A DNA stretch of 64,000 nt from NCBI GenBank assembly GCA_050575255.1, contig JBNZDD010013730.1, positions 5,578,608 through 5,642,607 on the forward strand. The letters are read 5' to 3'. Within the stretch, counting starts at the first letter, position 1. The number at the start of each line of letters is the position of its first letter. The notes beneath the pieces were generated by a model. It ran no database searches and was not told the DNA's origin. It worked only from the letters and a program-made list of their open reading frames with translations. Positions 23,541 through 36,455 of this stretch are shown piece by piece. The translations under genes were made by a program, and so were the position numbers. This DNA comes from Harriotta raleighana. Taxonomy: Eukaryota.

Positions 23541-25715
23541 GTTTTGAAGCTTATCTTCTCCCAATTTCTCTGAACTACACTCGCTCATTGAAGGATTTTT
23601 TTTAGGTAAGGAGGTGCAAGGAAATAGCCTGATAATTTGAGCGGATAAATTGCAACACTTCTCTCTGGCACTGAAACATTCACATTTTTTTTCTCTCTGT
23701 GGCAAACCATTTGGAAAGTGACCATCTGCTCCACTCCACACACCATTCAGGTAGTGATGAGCAAAGTGCCTCTCGTTGTTGCAACTGAGGGACTAATTAT
23801 AGAAGCAAACAAATGGAGGAGCAAAGCCAGTTTTCTGTTAATTGGCAACAAAAATATCTCCAAATCAGAACGATGCAAAGCACAGAGAGAATAAAAACTA
23901 TAGAGGTATAAAAAAAATTAAGCAAAGATGATTTGAGAAAAAGAGCTGCAGTGTTTTTCCTGGAGTTTACAGGCATGAAGGTAAATTCCAGAACTTCAAA
24001 TAAGGTGCGGCAGAAGATGGGATGTGAGATTTGGAAAGACGTGTTGAATCTAAATTCAGATATTTAATAAATATCTTTCAGTCAGCATTCCTTAAAGTCT
24101 ACATTTCAAATCACATTAATCAGTACATTACACTTCCTTTGTTCTACATTCCAAACTGAAAAGTAATACGACAACTATAGACAGATATAAAATAAAGTGA
24201 AGTGTCCCCTCTGCAACATGTGGTTAAAGCCAAATAGAACAGAAATCTCTCAATCAACCAGCTAATTTAGCGAGGCTCAGCAGAGAGTCAGTGAAATTGT
24301 GACAATTGGCCATGAGCCTGGTTCATCTTACAAAAGCATGTTTGATGGCAATAACCTCTTCTCAACCACAGTCTGGAAAGATACGAGACCCTTACGGTTT
24401 ACTCGCTCACTTCACCAGTAAACACTTTCTGCAGTAACCCCCCAAAAATGGTTGCTCCTGGCTTTTGAGTTGACATAGTGACAATGGGCGCAGAAAGGCT
24501 CGCGGATATTTTATCAAGGGGAATGCGAGCCCTTGAGGAAGGAAATATTTTCTGTTGTGCTCTCCCTAGTTACAGAAGGAAATTGCAAACATTACAAGAA
24601 ATCCTGGAAACTCATAGATTCCTCTGGATAAACCTGCTCGGGTGATGAGATGGACATATCCCAAAATTACTCTATTCAATTCAACAGAAGATGCTGCTTT
24701 GGATGGATCTGGGAAGCAGTCCGGAACTGCACGATCCTGGTAAGAGCGCAGTGGTGGTGGAAGATGCAGTGAACATTTTAATTAACCCCGTGCCCTTTAA
24801 AATCTTGAAGAAATCCAGGGTGTAAATGGAAAGGAATGTAGAATTCACCCGTAAATCTCTGCTAAAATAATGGTTCACGTAAGTCGTCTCTCAGGAGAAT
24901 TATGAATAAAATCCTATAGAATTACATAATAGAATCTATTATGTAACGTGATGATCTAATAAAATAAAGATGACATTTCCTGTTGTTCGCCAAAGACTGG
25001 AAGTCAAAAGCCTCATTTGGTTAACAGTACTCTCCTTGTGTGCTAGTGTGTAGTTTGCAAGTGAAGAACCCTGGAAGAGGAGAACCTCACTGGCAGGGAG
25101 TATAGCATTATCCAGCATGAATGCGAACATGGATTCGGACTATTTTCAGTCTCAAAGATGTAACATAGCTCCAATTTGTCTGAGGAGGTTTTATTTTAAA
25201 GATTTTTTTTTGCAAGATGATACTGTCATTTAAATGTTGACATTTTATTCCCAGACTCCAACAAAACCCAGCATTGTATTCAACCTAAAGATTTAGGAGC
25301 TATGTGAAGAATTGTTTTTAAAATGCTATATAAAAGGCATAACTAATCCAATGTTTCTTTTCAAAATACATTCTCATAGGCATTTGATTAACCGGAATAT
25401 CAGTAACCTTTAATTGGAATGAAAGCAATGTTTTCGTTCTTGCTTTCACACAAATTCCTTCTGTGGCAATAAAAGATTTTAAAGTAACAGACTTTGTGGG
25501 AGCAATTCCACCTGGGTCTAGATTTACTCTATTTACGCAACATCTCAAAGTGTCCAGAATTTGGCAAATCGTTGAATTCGGGTTTGAACTTTTAAAATGA
25601 TTTTCTGTCGTTCTTAAAGAATTTACAGGAAACAAGCTTCAAAACTTAAGGACGTATGGAAGAATTTGCCAAATGTTGGATGCTCTGAAATGCTAAAAAA
25701 GTAGAGTAAATGTCA

Positions 25716-26215
25716 GTCTAGCTCAGTTAGTTGCCTCTGATTCAGAAGGTTGTGAGTTCAAGACCCACGATTTTGAGATTACAGGCTGGGGTAAACTGCA
25801 TTGTTGGAGGTGCCAGCCTATGAATGAGACATTAATCTGAGATCCCATTTGTCTGGTTTAAAGATCCTATGGCATTATTTGAAAAGAGAAGGGAATTTCT
25901 CCCAGTGTTTTTTGGTCCACAAATCGCCCAAATAAAATTGGTCATTCATGTTTGTGGAATATTGCTTTGTGCAAATTGGCTGCTGTATTCGCCTACATAA
26001 ATTCAGTCATTACAATTTACAGTAAATTTGGTGCTTTGAGCCATGCTCCTGATGTGAAAGGCATTATGTTTCGCCCACAAAACAATTCAGAAAATTCATT
26101 CTACGGTATATTTTATGAAGCGCTTTGAGACGTCTAAGAAAACGGAAAAAACACTATATCAAATGTAAGGATTATTATTACTGTATATCAAATGCAAGGG
26201 TGATTATTATTATTT
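25716..26215 (+). mobile_element. Older Deu-domain SINE with extra SINE tails appended
   Basis: Head tagctcagttag...ctctgattcagaaggttgtgagttcaagaccc, core aaagatcctatggcatt, then three successive tail segments ending in (ATT)n. Confidence 0.8.
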
Positions 26216-27726
26216 TAAATCCCCAGGTGGAATTTCTTCCTCAACGTGAACAAGATGTTGGCAAACATTTTCTCAGTTGGTCACTTACACATGTGAAGTA
26301 AAATAACAAAAGTACACTTGCCAGATTTTTTTCTGAAACATTTCTGACTCCAGAAGATGGTTGTCTGCCTTCCCCGGAGAGCCATTGCAAACCCAAACAG
26401 AAATTAATAACACATTCAGACTTTGGCAGAGTCACTGCGCACGACTTGGCTGTATGGTTGGACCCACATCCAGTAAGCCGTGCACCAAACATCAGGAACA
26501 TGAATAATGTCAGAGGACTGGGCGCAGAGTCATTCGTGATGGCTGTCACCATCCATTAATGGCTCTTTGATTCGCCTTTGTTCTGACAGTGGCAAACAGC
26601 TGCTTGTAAATGAGCCTTGGTCCCTCCGCAGCCTCCTATTATTCTGCACTTTTTGTCTGACAAGGTCACTCGCTGTGGGGATTTGGGGGAGACAAGAGTG
26701 CATTCAATAGATTTAGGGTTAAGCCACCATCAACTTAGTTTGCTTTCATTTTGTAAAATACCAGCTCCACAATGAAGAGCAAATGGATTTTTAAAATACC
26801 TTCGCTTTCTTTTAAACAAAAAAGTTGCACCATATTGCAAAGTTTAAACACAAGAAAAAGTAGGTTTCAACACCACAAATATACATGAAGTAAAAGGGCT
26901 AGAATTACACTGAAGTACTGTTAACAGGAAATAGGGATTGGAACGGACTATGGTAATGTATGATTCATAACTTTAACATACATGTTGCAATTTAGCGGAT
27001 CATGTTCATTAAAGTAATCATAACGTGGAAAATGCATCTAATTATTCTTATGTTCCTCTCCTCAATATATTATCTCATAGCCATTTAATCAACTGGAATA
27101 ATTGTAATAATTAAAATAGTAATCCTTCCATTTGATATAGCGATTGTAACTTTTAATTAGATTCGAAGTAATGTTCTCCTATTTGCAAAGTAAGGTGACA
27201 CATGTCTCTTAAAATAACACGTGTTGTTATGCATCGCACACATGGCATACACTGTGCTACAAAATAAAATGTATAAACCCCTCATCACATCCACGGAACA
27301 TTGTAACCTCATGAAGAAGGTGATCCACAGCTCTGTTCTCTCCTAAACAAAGAAAGCTGACTTGCCAAGCACTTTCTCAGCAAATGTGTTTCCAAAATGG
27401 GTAAATACAAATTATTACCTTGCACTTTCTGAGCACACAGACTGCCCAAACATTCTGTCGATCTTGTTTATCCATCACGCGAAAGAAATCGAAAGCAGCA
27501 GCCTTCGTTCATTTGCACTTAATACTGCATTTATCGCAGCAACCAAATACCCGAGTATGGGGCTACGGTTCATCTGTATTCAAAACTGCAACGTGTCTTC
27601 AAACTCATTTGCATTTATCTATGTACGAGTCTGAGGAGATAGTGCAAGTTTCATCAATGCTATCTGTGCAAAGGATTAGGAAACACCTCAATATATCAAC
27701 GCATACATTTAAAAAGATCTAAAATG

Positions 27727-27966
27727 GTATCTTTGACTTTAAAACCACATGCTGCCTTCTGGCATAGGTGCTAAACATGAAGGAAGGTTTGTCTTTCATT
27801 AAAACCGCCTCACCATGGCAAGGACAGACGCTTCCCATTATTTGGGNGTATCTTTGACTTTAAAACCACATGCTGCCTTCTGGCATAGGTGCTAAACGTG
27901 AAGGAAGGTTTGTCTTTCATTAAAACCGCCTCACCACGGCAAGGACAGACGCTTCCCATTATTTGG
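27727..27966. repeat. 120-bp direct duplication around N (27847); probable haplotype or assembly overlap
   Basis: The copies differ at two sites (catg/cgtg, catgg/cacgg). Confidence 0.8.
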
Positions 27967-28719
27967 GTTTTGCTCCGAAATCTGGTCTAAAGAGCAGGAG
28001 ACAACAAAACCAATGAATGTTGTCAATCAGACATGGATATCTGATAAAGAACTAACAAACACTTCTTAGGTTAGCTGTCAAGGACATCTTGATGCGCAGC
28101 AAGCACAGAATGCTGCAATGTAAAATTGCTTGAGATTGAGTATATTGCGAGTTTTTGTATACCAAAAAATCATTCCCTTCATATAAATATTTGGGATATA
28201 AATTCCAAAACCTAGTTATTTTTTAATGGTCCTGCTCTGAGCTCATTTAGCTGATCTCAATTGGAGCATGAATGCCACGTGGACATTAAAGTTACTCAGA
28301 CTTTCTGGGTGGGATGGGGGAAACAACAAATAATCTTTCAGGTTCTCACTCACTCACTCACTCATTCTCCTATGCAGTGATCTTTGCAGGAACACACAAG
28401 GGTATGGAGGTTGTGCAAGAACAAGGCTATGTTGTTCTTGGCCACCCCCATCAAAAATGGGTTAAACATGAGCCAAAACTTGCATGTTAAGAGTGGAAAT
28501 TTGTGTTCAGACCCACAAGCTGACGTGCTTTTTTTTCGCTCAGCCGGGTGGCTCAACATAGGGATACCTAGCACCATGCATAAAAGTATCCAAACAAAAC
28601 AGAGTTGTATACACCCCAGGAGTACCTGGAAATTCCAAGAGCTATTTTTTGGAATGAAATGCACACTCCTCCCCAACCCCACTCGGAGATACACATCCTT
28701 GCTTTCCTAAATTCTAGCC

Positions 28720-28932
28720 AGTAAGTTTCCTTGCTCCACATGCCTCATAATAATCCGTCCAAAAAAACCACAATGACAAAAATTGGTCATTTCAATCCCA
28801 TGACTGTTTGTGGGACACTGGTGTGCACAATTGTCTACAAATATACATCAATTCACTTTGCAGTATATTCTGTGAGGCGCTTTGAGACATCGATAAGATG
28901 TGAAAAGTGCTGTATCAAATGCACTGTATCTA
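28720..28932 (+). mobile_element. 5'-truncated young SINE
   Basis: aagtttccttgctccacatgcct...aaattggtcatttcaatc...tgtgaggcgctttgagacatcgataagatgtgaaaagtgct. Confidence 0.85.
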
Positions 28933-31900
28933 ATACTCTCAGCTAAGGCCTTTGGAACCAAATCAAGCATCATCTTCAAGGAGAGAGAAAAAAAAGTGAA
29001 GCTGAAAAAAAGTGAAAAAACACAACACAGTACTGTATATATTTACGCTATTTTTAGTGTCAGCAAATTTGCCCTTTTTTTAAACAAGGTTTTATTACTG
29101 TAGAATTTAAGACAACATTAAACCATCCAGTGGTTAATTTGATGCGTGCTGAAATTATCTTCAACATAGCCAGGCTTCCTCTGCTTCAAGTGCTGCTCCT
29201 AACAGTAGATGGCAAGCCCGCTCCTTCAGGGCTAGATTATAAAACAAAGGAATTTCATTTGTTTTTTTAACATTGAGTTTTTTTTCACACAGATGTGAAT
29301 CATCACCATTTGTTCATAAACAAAAGACAGAGGGACAGACAACCAGGAATATGGGTCGATGTGACTCACAGGCACTTTTATTAAAGCTCAGCAATTCTTG
29401 GTGTTGGTGGAATCAAAAAGGCAGCTTGATAGTTATTTGTTAATGATTTGTTTTTCACGGCTCCCATTAGAACTGCTATTTTCAGGTCCTAAGTGTGTTT
29501 CACAACAGATCAGCCATTCATTAGTTACCATGAAACAGCCAAGGTTCCCAGGCTCAGAGCAGGTAAGGTGCTCGGTGTAGCCGAAAGGTCCCAACGTGAC
29601 ATCACACACGTCCCACCTCATCAGTGCTGGATTAGTCTCTTGAATGCAGGATATAGCATCCAGCTAATAGACCAATTAATCAATAAGACATGCTCACAAG
29701 GTGGGTCAACACCTTTGGCAAATAATAAAGTAGAAATTACAAAATGACTAACTAGCAACTGTAACATACACAAAAATGCACAAATGCAGACCCAGATATA
29801 CGGTACAATCTAAGCCTTTATCATGACTGATCTCCACAAAGTACAACCTATTAGAGAAAACACTCTCACAGCTAATGCTCTGTGGTCCTTATCTTTAAAA
29901 TGTTATGTCGCAGTGAACGATCTTATCTATTGGAATATTTTGGAGATGTATTTCTCGTCTTCGAATTGACTCAGCTGCTGACCTTTTGTTTCCTGACCCT
30001 CTTGCCCTCTCTCTCGCTCTCTGAAATCTGGCAATGCAGTCGATAGAAAAGCATTGAGGTAAGCAACAATCTATGCCACGGAAACGAAAGACTTCCCTCT
30101 ATCCTTGATAAACCATGGTCCAATTCATGCAATAATGGAATATTCTACATGGGTCAATGATGGTCACTCATGCAAACAAAAGCAGTCTTTATACCACAAC
30201 TAGACTTGCAAGGCACTTATTCAATTTCTTCTGCATCAGAAGCAGTGTTCCTTACCTAATATGTATACATTTTCTGAGTGTTATTCAGCCGTTGTTGCTT
30301 CTGACCCTCAGTTGGCATTTAATTCCCACTCCACCAGGGTATTCATGCTTGATGGCACTGATGCACACGCTGAATGCTTTATTTATGTAATGGTACAGAG
30401 AATGAAGATATAAACTGCACTATACAATATCCTGCTTAAATTTACTAGTGGTTTATGTCACTGTTGTTGACCTCTCCTTACAATGCTGTATGAATTGATA
30501 GAACTGTAAAGAAACAGCACATTGTTTAACTTTTAGGCTGCATAAGTTTCTTACTGAAATCGTATTATACTGTATTGTCCTTTAAACATCTCAGTGAATG
30601 TGCCCTTCACAGAAAATGTGTTGACAGGAATGTGACAGATTTTGCTGACTACAATGTTTGCGGTTTAAAATGTATTATGGTCTCCTGGTCTAGACATATA
30701 AACATATTAAGTTATATGTGACCGCGAGGGTAAGGAAACAGGTCAAAACCATCTTGACCCCATGACAGCTCATACATACTGTTGTGAATAGAACACGACT
30801 GTAAAGGGTAATGTGGCATCTTCTAAACATGGCATACACAAAAGGCACATACAGCACACGTCTACAAAGGCTCCCTTCTCTCTTGGTTAATTGAACTAGA
30901 CTCTATAGCACCCCAGCTTGTCTCTTATGACTTGACGCCACGTCTTACGTCAGGTATACCGCCAACTTGCCACAGACAGAGAAGTGCAAGAAACCACTTA
31001 CTTATAGTACTCTATTCTGGTGGTCAACAATTTAAAACACAATTTTCTGCTAGAAAAGTGGTTGTGTGATAATCAGACTTGCATATTTTTTTTTTTTACT
31101 TTCCAACAAATTTGCTTGCACTCCATCTTATGTACACCGCACCTCCAAACCAGCTACTTCTTCCCTAGTCAATAGCGTTGGCCTTCTTAACGACGATTTC
31201 TCCTTTGATTCACAGTTATTCTTTCAAACCGTGACATTTTTCTTCCTATGGAGTTTTCCAAAGCACTCTTAGCACTTCCTTGCTTTTGCTACCCTTTCCA
31301 AAAGACATTGCCCCTGTTTCCCCTACTCTCTGATGCCATTGTCGTCAAAGAAATCACCTGCTTGCAGAGTTACTGGTGTTCGGAGACAGCTGTACAGTCA
31401 ACAACTGTGATATTTAACATCTTTGTGTTCCTACACAAACGTTTAAAACCTGAAAACCTTCATTCCTCTGCTGAAATGCTAATTTGCCTTGCTGGCATGT
31501 GTACCAGATGGCACTTCACGGTATGTCAGAAGAGAATTGCTCGGAATTTTATACACATTTTCTTCTCCTTCCTAATTATTGCCATGAGTGAATGTTACAC
31601 ACCAATTCGTCCTTTCGTTTCTCAGTGGGTTGATAACAATACCAACAGAACAGGCGGCAGTAACGGACACCATGAGGTCAGTGATCAGTGTTACAAAAAT
31701 AACACTGATTCAATGATTAATCAGTTTTAACCATTTTATCCACACATTGATAGAATCCATGTCCCAGCTTTTACATCTCACACACAATGCCAAGGATAGA
31801 CAGATAACCGGCTGTTGCTCAATATCCAGTTGTGAGGTTAGTGACTCACTCACTGTGGGGTAAAAATAACTACATTATTTACAGTGCTGGGTACTTATAT

Positions 31901-33637
31901 ATTTATAACTATAATTTACCTATTTTTTCAAACAAAGTGGATACACATTAGATGCAGATAATGCAAAAATACAAGGGTATGTAATATAACTGACACTTTC
32001 ATGATTCAATGGATTTTTCTAATAGAAAAAGAAAGGGATGGTGTCAAATTTTACTAGTTTCTATTATTTGTATTGAAATGCACAACATATTTCATTACAG
32101 AAGTTAAAGAGGCTACATGACGGAAACCACAATCTGATGAATGCAAAAATAATTTTGAGTCTTTGGTTGTTGCAGAAGTCTGTGTTCTTTCGCTTAAGAT
32201 TCATTATATCATTTTTAATACAGTATCATATTGACTTGATTCAAGGCTTGACATTTCTTACCTTAGCAAAGAGAATCTTTGACAAAATACAACGTGAAGC
32301 GAAAGATCTTGCTTTGCATCAAATTGATAATATAAATGATATCTCAGAAAAGATATTGAAAATGACTTGGGAAATGATCCTTTATGGTTAAATCCACCTT
32401 CCTATCATCACACCCTGATTTCAGTCTTTCTGCTCCACACTGTTGAACTCCAACCCTACCCCTCCAACTTGCCCACCACTCCCTTGCCTCCTTCAAGGCC
32501 TGTCTCAAGAGAACACTATGACGAACTGTAGTATCCAGTCACAACCTTGGGTTTGTATGGCTTAATATACATGCATTACTCATGCATTAACTCAAGAAGC
32601 AGTCAGTGGAGGGAGATAAAAAGACACTTTTTAAAAAATATTTGTTCGCACTACTGGCAGTTCTTTCACACCTGATTATACAGACTTGACATTCTGATAA
32701 TATAAGCAATTTATATCCATTTCTAAACTAAATATTTTACAACCGTCATCGGGGAATCCAAACTTTTTTTCCCCCAAATTCTCTGAAGGCTACAGGATAT
32801 TCCTGCCTGACTTTTTTTTCAAAAAAATTGTAAAGTGCTAAAGTGTAGTGCATTTCAAAGGAGACGAAGAAAATTGCTGTCTGTAACAGTTGAGGAGAAA
32901 TATAATGCACCTTTTGTAGGTTTTGTGTAGTTTGGGGGAATTCAGTGAAATTACTTTCAATTACAATTATTTCAATTAGAACAAGACAGCTAGCTGTAAA
33001 AGAATCTCAACTATTTTTGAAGTAAAAACCCAGTTTGTGAAACTCAAATTGAAAACATAATGAATGAAAGTTTAAAAATGACTTAAAAAGTAAAATACAC
33101 TTTTAAGAGTGGAAACTTTTACTCTGCCCTTTAACCTCTGTAACAGTAGCTTTCTCACTCGTCAGGTAAGGGCAAAGTGTTCAATTGGTGAAATGTTTTT
33201 TCCTGAGTCTACGTGTGGAAAAGCGCAGGTCTGAATCCCAGAAACGTGGTCTGAGTTGCACCGTATCACAGTTACACCTGTCACTTTGGATCCATTCAGA
33301 ATTCGCAGCTGGTTTAAATTAAAAAGCAAAGCTTTAATGGCAAGAAATGTCCACCGCTTCAATCTGAGACAGGAGTAAAAAAAAATACATACATTCCATT
33401 TAAACCCAACTAGACTTTGTTCCTGCAAAATCAGGAACAGGCCCCCGTTTCCGCCACCCTACCGATGTTACCTTGAATAATGAATGTCTATCATTCTTTG
33501 ATCCGTCTGGGGATTAATTCAATGTGGAGGTGCTATGATTAAATCTTTGTTGTGCGTTTTGGTGCCTTGTACAGGTTCATATTTTTAAAAACAAAATCCG
33601 TTGAGCAAATATTTTAAATGACATATTTTGACAAAAA

Positions 33638-33992
33638 ATAATAATCCTTACATTTGATATAGCACCGTTCAAGTCAGGGGGATTTCTCAAAGCACTTCAT
33701 AACGTTTACTGTAAAGTGCAGTGACTGTATATTTGTGGGTGAAAACAGTGCATTCCAATGACAAACTCAGAAGCTCTGTATTACTAAAGCATGTTTGACT
33801 GTACGTGAACAGTCTTGCTAAATGTGTGATCAAGTAACAAAACTGTACTTTAGTCTTAACAATAATCTAGACTACTGGCGAATCAATCAAAACCCTTCAC
33901 ATTGGTGTTTAGTGTAATGCACTGCCAAAAGTGCTTTGAGAGGTCTCAACAAACTGATAAACTGCTATATCAAACACAAGGCTTATTATTAT
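33638..33992. mobile_element. Two decayed SINE tails in opposite orientation (minus 33638-33750; plus about 33900-33992)
   Basis: ataatccttacatttgatatagc and gtgctttgaga...gctatatcaaacacaaggcttattatt. Confidence 0.6.
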
Positions 33993-34654
33993 AACATCAC
34001 ATTTTTTGTTTTAGTTCCTACATTTGCCTGTGTGGATGGGGGGGGGGTGGGAAAGGTTTTGATTGTCAGGAACGATCCCTCCATTCTCTCATTATCTGGA
34101 TAGACTAGAAAAAGAGCATGCTTCCCAGAGGAAGAATAGGTGTGGGTTCATTTGCAGGTTTGTGATGAGAATACATTTAGATTCCTTGGCTCTCTTTTGT
34201 AAATACTTAAAACTTAAGCATCTAAGTCAAAACAATCCAATCACACATCCCTTTGTTCAAGTGTATCTTATATCCGTTTTTTTACTTGACGGATAATTTC
34301 CATTTGGCAAAATTAGCAGCACAATCACAAGTGTTCAGCTATAAACTATGAAATTTTATTCCCTCTTAGTTGAATTTCAGACTAAGGAACTTCCATTTAT
34401 TGAGACTTTAAGCTACAGAATCATTGCTACCACAATTTTCAGCAGAACTCCAGATCTATTACACGATTTCTATTACAAGATTTCATCAAACAATATAATA
34501 GTATCAGGCACACTCCCAGACTGGGCAGCCCTTTTCCTGAACCCTTTCAGATCCCATTCAGTTTGGGTTAGATTACTGTCGTTTCGAATCAAATGTCTTC
34601 TGTTTGCTGATCAATAAAAATCAATTTTTTGTTCATCGTTTCCAGAAGTTTCTT

Positions 34655-35560
34655 TGCTGCATTCACAATTAAGTCCTCCTCCAGCGCCTCTCCTCCCACC
34701 TCAACCTTTAAGATTCTGTCCTTGACTGGGTCAGATCCTATCTTTCACACCATCTTCACTTTGTGTCTGCAATGGGTTTTCTTCCAGCCCCCGCTCTTGC
34801 GGCGTTTCTGTACTCGGTCCCCTCCTCTTCACTCTCTGCATGCTCCCTCTCGATGACAACATCCGCAGACATGGGGTAAATTTCCACACGTATGCTGATG
34901 ACACCCAACTTTATCTCTCCGCCTCCACCCTCAATTCCAGGACTACTGCATCCTGCAGTACCTGTCTGACATCAAGTTCTGGACGAGGGACAACTTTCTC
35001 TAGCTGAATGTCAGCAAGACTGAGGCCATCCTCATTGACTCTTGGCAGCGCCTCTGCACGTTGGACACTGGCAGCATCAGCATCCACAGCTGCACACTCC
35101 ATCTCATGAAGACAGTCAGGAACCTGGGTGTCTTTTTCGAACCTGAACTGTACTTTCTTCCCCCACATCCGCGCCATGACCAGCATTGCCATCCACCACC
35201 TACACAACATTGCCAGACTCCGCCGCTACCTCACCCCTCAGGCTGCCGAAAACTCTCACCCATGCATTCGACACATCAAGGTTTAACTATGGAAACTCCC
35301 TCCTTGTTGGCCTTCCCAGCTCTTCCCTTCACAAGCTGCAGATCATCCAAAACTCTAGCTTTTGCCTCACTTCCTCCCTTGCCTCCTTCAACGCTGGTCT
35401 CAAGACCCACTTTTGCGAACATACTTTCAGCCACTCTCCCACCTCTCTCCCCTACCTTGCCCCTCCCCTGTGCTCGGGTCCCGACCACTGACCGTTCAGC
35501 ACTTTGGGACATCCTCCTGACATGAAAGGTGCTCTATAAATGCATTTTGTTGTTGTTGTA
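34655..35560 (+). mobile_element. L2-clade LINE fragment (RT domain to 3' tail), frameshifted and internally deleted
   Basis: [17 protein letters not shown] at 34870-34920, followed by [18 protein letters not shown] and SRFNYGNSLLVGLP...KLQIIQNS. The tail is gcactttgggacatcctcctgacatgaaaggtgctctataaatgca(ttg)n. Confidence 0.92.
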
Positions 35561-36140
35561 TGTGGGAGAAGGTGGGATTGAAGAACTCAAAAGCAAAAAT
35601 GTACAAGCTCATGCTGCAAGGCATGAGAGTGAATAATAGATAGTATTAGACCCAACCCAGGTTGTAATGCCAATACACTAGAATAACACTGGTAGACAGA
35701 GGTACCTGGGATTTGTTGTATGGGAGAAAAAGATGAGTCAGAGAAGAAATGAGTAAATTGTGTGAAATTAAATTAATTATGCTTGGAATCTACACTTGAA
35801 AAGGACCATAGGCTTGGCAGAATCTTCTATTAAAACACGAAGATGATTATTATTGTTTGTTTATTAGGAAGTTTAGAAACTACAATTCAATACAAAGTAG
35901 ACCACAAAAAGCACAAAGGTTGTTTGCGCAGAAAAACATCATGTGCTCTGCGAGGCTGATAAAACAGCAAAGCAATACATTGCACAGAGGATAAAGCAAA
36001 CAAAGGCAATCACTGGAGCAAGACAAGGAAATGGATGGGTAAGGTTAAGAGTCAATATTGGTATTCAAGGTATTTTAAGTTAAGGTATTCTAATAGAATT
36101 TGCAGACAAATCCATTTACCTTATATCCTACAAAGCGCTT

Positions 36141-36455
36141 AAATAATAATAATAATCCTTGCATTTGATGTAGCGCTTTACGCGTTTTCTAGACAAATTG
36201 CATCACACAAAGTACAGTAAAGTTAATTTACTGTATACAGTATATCTGGGTGAAACACGGCAGCCAATTGCACCCAGCAGTGTCCCACAAAAGGGTTGAA
36301 GATTGCAATGACCAAATAAAAATAAAAAAAAAATTTTTTAAAAGCATTAATAAGAGGCGTGTGGATTAAGGAAACTTGCTCAAGATTTCACCCTGCCCTG
36401 CCTGGAATTGAATCCAGGTTTCTTGCATCCTCTAACCATTGAGCTGCAGGATTCA
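36141..36455 (-). mobile_element. Full-length diverged tRNA SINE
   Basis: ATT tail, core cggcagccaattgcac and head gaatccagg...ctctaaccattgagctgcagga. Confidence 0.87.

Noticed and set aside
31248-31730. 160-aa ORF
   Set aside because: No recognisable motif or exon signals, and the composition is typical of random AT-rich sequence.
32256-32330. Strong minus-strand donor-like site AAG|GTAAGA (also GAG|GTAAGT near 9870)
   Set aside because: Stop codons in the frame needed to join the lectin exon, and no identified acceptor; such sites are expected by chance in 52 kb.
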